Assembly: GCA_031365765.1 (NCBI GenBank)
Contig: JANLYR010000303.1
Coordinates: 1-57,807, forward strand
Origin: Hyphomicrobiales bacterium
Lineage (GTDB): Bacteria; Pseudomonadota; Alphaproteobacteria; Rhizobiales; Aestuariivirgaceae
DNA length: 57,807 nucleotides
Reading direction: 5' to 3'
Part shown: positions 53,391 through 57,807 of the stretch, piece by piece
Layout of the letters: each line of letters opens with the position of its first letter
Numbering within the stretch: position 1 is the first letter of the stretch
Notes under the pieces: generated by a model
Seen by the model: only the letters and a program-made list of their open reading frames with translations
What the model was told of the DNA's origin: nothing
The model's database searches: none
Made by a program: the position numbers and the translations under genes

Positions 53391-54599
53391 ATGATTACCC
53401 CACAGAACGTCGAACATCATATCATCTTCGAGCATCCCGAGCATTGCGTGAACCAGATTGCCATGCGGGTTCTGAAGAACGGCGATTTGCTGGCGGTGTT
53501 CAATGAAGAACGCTTTCCATACCACCACGACAGCGGCCAGACTCTGATCACCCGCTCGCGTGACGGCGGCAAAACCTGGAGCGCGCCGAAAGTGGTGCTG
53601 CCATGGACCGAGACCGAGGGCAACTGGGACTGCGGCATCTGCGAACTTGCCGACGGCACGCTGATCGTCAACATGACAATCACCGGTTTCTTCAAGCGCG
53701 GCGTCAAACCGGAAGGCGTGTCGTGGTCATCGCATCCGTTGACCAAGGAATGGGGCGACTGGACCTGGGCCTATCACACGCAAGGCTGCCTCGGCACCTA
53801 CGTCGTGCGGTCAACCGACGGCGGCGAGACCTGGTCGCGCCCGATCCCGGTGAACATCCGCCCGCTCAAGCATGGCGGCTGCCGGCTGGGCTGCTGGCAG
53901 CTTCCTGGTGGCGCATTGCTGATGGGTCTCTATGGCCGCATCCACGGCTACGAAGAGAAGGGCGAGTTTGAATCCACCCGCTCCGCCTTGATGCGGTCCG
54001 ACGACGGCGGGGTGAACTGGGAATATTATTCGACACTCGCCTTCGATCCCGCCGCCATCATCGACTACGAGGAACCAGCCCTGCTGCGCCTCGCGGACGG
54101 CAAGCTCGTGTGTTTCCTGCGCACCCACAACCGGCCGAGCGAGGATGCCAAGAACATGGTGGTGGTCTATTCCGATGACGATGGCTGGAGCTGGTCGCCG
54201 CCCAGATGGACCAATATCTGGGGCTATCCGGCGGAAGCCATCCAGTTGCACGACGGCCGCTATCTCTGCGTTTACGGTTATCGCCGCCCGCCCTATGGAA
54301 CCCGCGGATGCATCTCCGAGGATGGAGTGACCTGGGACCGCAAAAACGAGTTCGTCATCCGCGAAGGCGGTGTGCCGGGCAAGACCCGCAGCGACACGCC
54401 GGGCTCCAGCCGCATGGCGCCGGAGAGCGGCAAGATGAAGGCGGGCGGCGTCGACTGGAACAATCCCGGCGTCTACCAGCATATCGGCTATCCAAGCGTG
54501 GCGCAGGCGACCGACGGCACCATCGTCGCCGCCTATCACGAATGGAGCGACAACGAGAAGCCGCTGCAATATTGCCGGGCCACGCGTTTCACCCTCTAG
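53391..54599 (+). CDS. Asp-box (BNR) sialidase-fold protein 1
   Basis: SRDGGKTW, STDGGETW, SDDGGVNW, SDDDGWSW, SEDGVTW; C-terminal GYP; no signal peptide. Confidence 0.85.
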   Translation: MITPQNVEHHIIFEHPEHCVNQIAMRVLKNGDLLAVFNEERFPYHHDSGQTLITRSRDGGKTWSAPKVVLPWTETEGNWDCGICELADGTLIVNMTITGFFKRGVKPEGVSWSSHPLTKEWGDWTWAYHTQGCLGTYVVRSTDGGETWSRPIPVNIRPLKHGGCRLGCWQLPGGALLMGLYGRIHGYEEKGEFESTRSALMRSDDGGVNWEYYSTLAFDPAAIIDYEEPALLRLADGKLVCFLRTHNRPSEDAKNMVVVYSDDDGWSWSPPRWTNIWGYPAEAIQLHDGRYLCVYGYRRPPYGTRGCISEDGVTWDRKNEFVIREGGVPGKTRSDTPGSSRMAPESGKMKAGGVDWNNPGVYQHIGYPSVAQATDGTIVAAYHEWSDNEKPLQYCRATRFTL

Positions 54600-54607
54600 G
54601 CGCGCCG

Positions 54608-55732
54608 ATGATCGAGGCGCGGGAGGCGCGGCACGCCATCGTTCACCGCGATGAATACAGCTACTGCGCGCATCCACATGCCGTAATTGCCGCCGACGGC
54701 ACGTGGCTCGTTGTCTTCAACCAGGCACCGCGCCGGGACTTCGTATTGCATCCGCCCGAGGATCCGCTGTTCCGCAACCTGCTGATCCGGTCGAGTGACA
54801 GGGGCAGGACCTGGAGTGCGCCACAGGCCGTTCCCGGTTATGATGTCTCCGGCACTGAATGCGCCGGACTCACCGTGCTGCGCGATGGCGCGGTGCTGCT
54901 CAACCAGTGGCGCTTTGACTGGTATCCGGTCGATCTGGCGCGCGGGCTCCCCGATCAGTCGCGGCTCTCCTATCCGGCGCAATTCATGCGGGGCTGGCTC
55001 GACTCGCCGGAACATGAGGTGGGCCACCTCGCCGATGTCACGCCCGAGCATCTGGCCCCATGGGTGCGGGGCGGCGGAAAAGCTTTCGTGCATGTGTCGC
55101 GCGATCACGGCGCGAGTTTTCCAACCCGCGTGGAGATCGCGACCGCGCCCTATTCCGGTGGCTACGGAATGCGGAGCGCCGCCGAACTGGAGGATGGAAC
55201 GCTGGTGCTCCTGCTCAGCGACATTCCAAACTATCGGCGGGTGTTTGCCGTGCGAAGCTTTGACGGAGGGCTGACCTGGCAGGCCCCCATTCCCGCCGCC
55301 TCCGGCGAAACACACGCGTTTGAGGAACCGGCAATCGTCGTTTGCAGCGACGGACGCCTCCTCGCTGTGCTCCGCGACAACGCCAGCCGCTACTTGCATC
55401 AGATCGAATCGATCGATAGCGGCCAAAGCTGGAGCGCGCCGCGCCGGCTTGATATCTCCGGCTATCCGGGCCACCTGCTCAGCCTCGATGACGGGCGGCT
55501 GCTCCTGACCTATGGCTTCCGCCAGCCGGACTACAGCATTCGCGCGGTGGTCTCATCGGACGATGGCTCAAGCTGGAACGCCGGCGAGACGATCCGCATC
55601 CGGGGCGGCATGCGCAACCGCAACCTCGGCTACCCGGCGACCATCGCCAGCGCCGGCGAACTGATCTCCTTCTATTATGGCGAGGACGAGACAGCCTGTA
55701 CCTGCATCATGTCGACGGCGTGGCGGCTGTGA
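54608..55732 (+). CDS. Asp-box (BNR) sialidase-fold protein 2
   Basis: SSDRGRTW, SRDHGASF, SFDGGLTW, SIDSGQSW, SSDDGSSW; C-terminal GYP; ATG at 54608. Confidence 0.85.
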   Translation: MIEAREARHAIVHRDEYSYCAHPHAVIAADGTWLVVFNQAPRRDFVLHPPEDPLFRNLLIRSSDRGRTWSAPQAVPGYDVSGTECAGLTVLRDGAVLLNQWRFDWYPVDLARGLPDQSRLSYPAQFMRGWLDSPEHEVGHLADVTPEHLAPWVRGGGKAFVHVSRDHGASFPTRVEIATAPYSGGYGMRSAAELEDGTLVLLLSDIPNYRRVFAVRSFDGGLTWQAPIPAASGETHAFEEPAIVVCSDGRLLAVLRDNASRYLHQIESIDSGQSWSAPRRLDISGYPGHLLSLDDGRLLLTYGFRQPDYSIRAVVSSDDGSSWNAGETIRIRGGMRNRNLGYPATIASAGELISFYYGEDETACTCIMSTAWRL

Positions 55733-55801
55733 CGCACAAACATCAAGGGCCGTTGACACGCCAGGCGATCGCCCCTTCACTGTCCCGACCGGAGCCGGTT
55801 C

Positions 55802-56857
55802 ATGCAACGACTTGTCTCTGACGGCCGCATCAACGCCTTGAAGCAGGACGACTCGGACGTCATCCGCTTCGGCTTCCTCCTGTTACCGGAATTTCCGCTC
55901 TATGCGCTGGTTCCCGCCATGGAGGCGCTCCGCATCGCCAACCAGAACCACGGCCGCAAGCTCTATGACTGGATCCTCATGTCGGAGGATGGCCCGTCGG
56001 TGAGGTCCGGAAACGGCATGTCGCTGAGCGTCGATGCCACCATTGCGGAGGTCAGCTGGCTGCCCACCGTGCTGGTCTTCGGCGGCAATCATCCCACCCA
56101 GCACCTGTCGAAAAGGCTGCTCAACTGGTTGCGGCGGTTGGCCCGCCACGGCGGCGTGATGGGCGGAATCGATACCGGCACCTTCGCGCTCGCCGAAGCG
56201 GGCCTGCTCGACGATCATGAAGTGACCATGCATTGGGAGTCGGTGTCGACCTTCCGCGAGCGCTATCCCGGAATCCGGGTCAGCGAACAGCTTTTCGAGA
56301 TCGACGAGGGGCGGATGACCTGTGCAGGCGGCCATGCCACCCTGGACCTGATGCTGGCCCTGATTGCCAAGCGCCAGGGCCTGGCTTTGGCCCAGGTGGT
56401 GGCGAATGCCTTTGTTGCCCACCGCCCGCGCAATGAGACGGAACCGCAGCGCCTGTCTCCCCGCATCGTGTCAAGCGACATAAATTCGCCGGTGACCCGC
56501 ATCCTGCAGGACATGGAGAAGAACATCCAGGCACCGCTCTCAGCGCAGGTTCTGGCGAAGCGAGCAGGGGTTTCCGTGCGCGCCTTGAGCCGCCTCCTCC
56601 ATGATCGACTGGGCGAGTCGCCAATGAGCTACTATCGCAAGATCAGGCTGCAGGCGGCCCGCAATGCGCTGTTCTATAGCGATGTCGCCATTCAAGATGT
56701 CGCGGCGACTTGCGGCTTTGCCTCACCGGAGGTGTTTTCCCGGACATTCAAGGATCACTTCGGCGTATCGCCGCGGGAGTTTCGTCATCGCTTCGCCACC
56801 GACGAACTCCGCCGCTTCCGGCCCGAACTCGAGCAAAAACTCGCGCTGAAGTCCTAG
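55802..56857 (+). CDS. GlxA/FtrA-type AraC regulator (DJ-1/GATase-like domain plus HTH)
   Basis: EALRIAN, GIDTGTFALAEAGLL, TCAGG, SVRALSR, CGFAS..FSRTFKDHFGVSP. Confidence 0.92.
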   Translation: MQRLVSDGRINALKQDDSDVIRFGFLLLPEFPLYALVPAMEALRIANQNHGRKLYDWILMSEDGPSVRSGNGMSLSVDATIAEVSWLPTVLVFGGNHPTQHLSKRLLNWLRRLARHGGVMGGIDTGTFALAEAGLLDDHEVTMHWESVSTFRERYPGIRVSEQLFEIDEGRMTCAGGHATLDLMLALIAKRQGLALAQVVANAFVAHRPRNETEPQRLSPRIVSSDINSPVTRILQDMEKNIQAPLSAQVLAKRAGVSVRALSRLLHDRLGESPMSYYRKIRLQAARNALFYSDVAIQDVAATCGFASPEVFSRTFKDHFGVSPREFRHRFATDELRRFRPELEQKLALKS

Positions 56858-56875
56858 CGGGCTGTTGAAAAACTC
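56854..56875. mobile_element. isolated IS terminal inverted repeat (IS5/IS1182-like end)
   Basis: CTAG followed by CGGGCTGTTGAAAAACTC; resembles IS ends of the TTTTTCAACAGCC..CTAG type. No transposase or partner end seen. Confidence 0.45.
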
Positions 56876-57097
56876 TCGACTGTTTTGAATTTACATGATT
56901 CCGCGGGTTTTGCGGTCTCGATGCGGTTCAGCCATTCAGCGTAAGAGACTTTGCCCCAGATCGCGCCGCGAAGCCGCACCAAAGGCGTCTGTGTGACCGG
57001 CTTCACCTTGGGCAATCGACGCCAAGCCACGGATATGCCGGGCACCAATCGCACGCCGCCCAAAAATTCATTTTCGCGGGCGATATCAATGGTTACT

Positions 57098-57292
57098 GGC
57101 GGTGGATCCGGACTGCTGCGAACTCGTCTCTGGCACAAATTCCCCTGCTTGCAGGGATTTTTGCAGGGAACTTGCAGATTTCGCCTTAGGAAGCGCCCTC
57201 TGCGCACTTGATTTTCGCTGAAATCGCTAAGGTTTGCATGCGAATTCCCTAATGAGGTGAGCAGGGAATTCGCTGCCCAAGAGCAGGGATTT
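57098..57292. repeat. att-like boundary region: right direct-repeat copy plus clustered GCAGGGA repeats
   Basis: GGCGGTGGATCCGGACTGCTGCGAAC at 57098-57123; GCAGGGA at 57151, 57163, 57261, 57283; perfect 11-bp inverted repeat GCGAATTCCCT/AGGGAATTCGC (57240-57250/57263-57273). Confidence 0.55.
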
Positions 57293-57370
57293 CCGTCGCG
57301 TTCCAGAGATGCATTCGAAGATGGACATTAGCCATTGTTGCGACCCGATCTGAGCCGGAGGTTGCCGCCC

Positions 57371-57490
57371 GGCAAGGCCAAGTCGGTGAAGTGGGTCGAA
57401 CGCAAACTCATTGCCGAGGTCAAATATCGCGGCTTGACGAGCCGACTTGCTGCGCCATGTGTCCTTCAAGCGATTGCGAGAATCGTTAAA
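57371..57490 (+). pseudogene. C-terminal remnant of an ATP-dependent DNA ligase (LigD-type OB fold)
   Basis: KWVERKLIAEVKYRGLTS, then a frameshift to LLRHVSFKRLRE; matches the WVEP..AEV..T..LRHPSF.GLRE end of LigD ligase domains. Confidence 0.7.
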
Positions 57491-57637
57491 TGAAACGCGA
57501 ACCAATGATGTAATCCTGATAGTCGTCGCCGTTGGAACAAACAAACCCTTAGCGTTGTTATTGAATTTATGTGAGGGTTCGCTCTAGCCTATCTGCACTC
57601 ATCCTGATGTTAGCCTGGTAGTGGAGGATTTATAATC

Positions 57638-57807
57638 ATGAAAATGTTCGTCTTAATCATTATGGGATTGTGTCTGCTTGCCGGATCGGCATCGGCAGAT
57701 GGTGATGTTGCAGCAGGTGAGAAAGTATTCAAAAAATGTATGGCTTGCCACACCGTTACCGAAAAAACTAACAAGGTTGGACCACACCTCGTAGGTGTCG
57801 TCGGGCG
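57638..57807 (+). CDS. class I cytochrome c (c2/c550-like), 3' end runs off the window
   Basis: Manual translation [56 protein letters not shown]; GGAGG upstream. Confidence 0.9.
   Translation, partial: MKMFVLIIMGLCLLAGSASADGDVAAGEKVFKKCMACHTVTEKTNKVGPHLVGVVG

Noticed and set aside
41523-55732. Canonical sialic acid (nan) cluster
   Set aside because: No nanK, nanE or nagA; the lyase lacks GSTGE and the propellers lack RIP.

Overview
GC-rich alphaproteobacterial (Hyphomicrobiales-like) chromosomal window with four parts. (1) 1-13.2 kb, housekeeping: zwf-pgl-edd-eda, a PfkB kinase, hrpB, lepA, two tandem PAP2/Aur1-like membrane enzymes, and mbfA preceded by an Irr/ICE box. (2) About 13.2-36.8 kb, one integrated cofactor-complete cluster: a secreted PQQ dehydrogenase with the extra lanthanide-type Asp but motifs unlike XoxF/MxaF/PedH, a dihaem cytochrome c, a PedA1A2BC-like ABC transporter split into halves that bracket a selenocysteine formate dehydrogenase (fdnGHI-fdhE, in-frame UGA plus SECIS), selA-selB-selC, an oxidoreductase-SelD fusion, pqqABCDE (pqqA absent from the ORF track), and four uncharacterised accessory genes. 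(3) 36.8-41.3 kb: a REC-degenerate GGDEF-PilZ protein, a Tat-exported copper radical oxidase, an acid phosphatase and a nasA pseudogene fragment. (4) 41.3-57.3 kb: a probable acquired catabolic island of unknown substrate (DapA-like lyase, two ABC importers, dehydrogenases, enolase-family enzyme, two Asp-box propellers, GlxA-type AraC regulator) bounded by degenerate direct repeats and an IS end, then a ligD remnant and a partial cytochrome c2. All calls are from reading motifs by eye; no searches were run.
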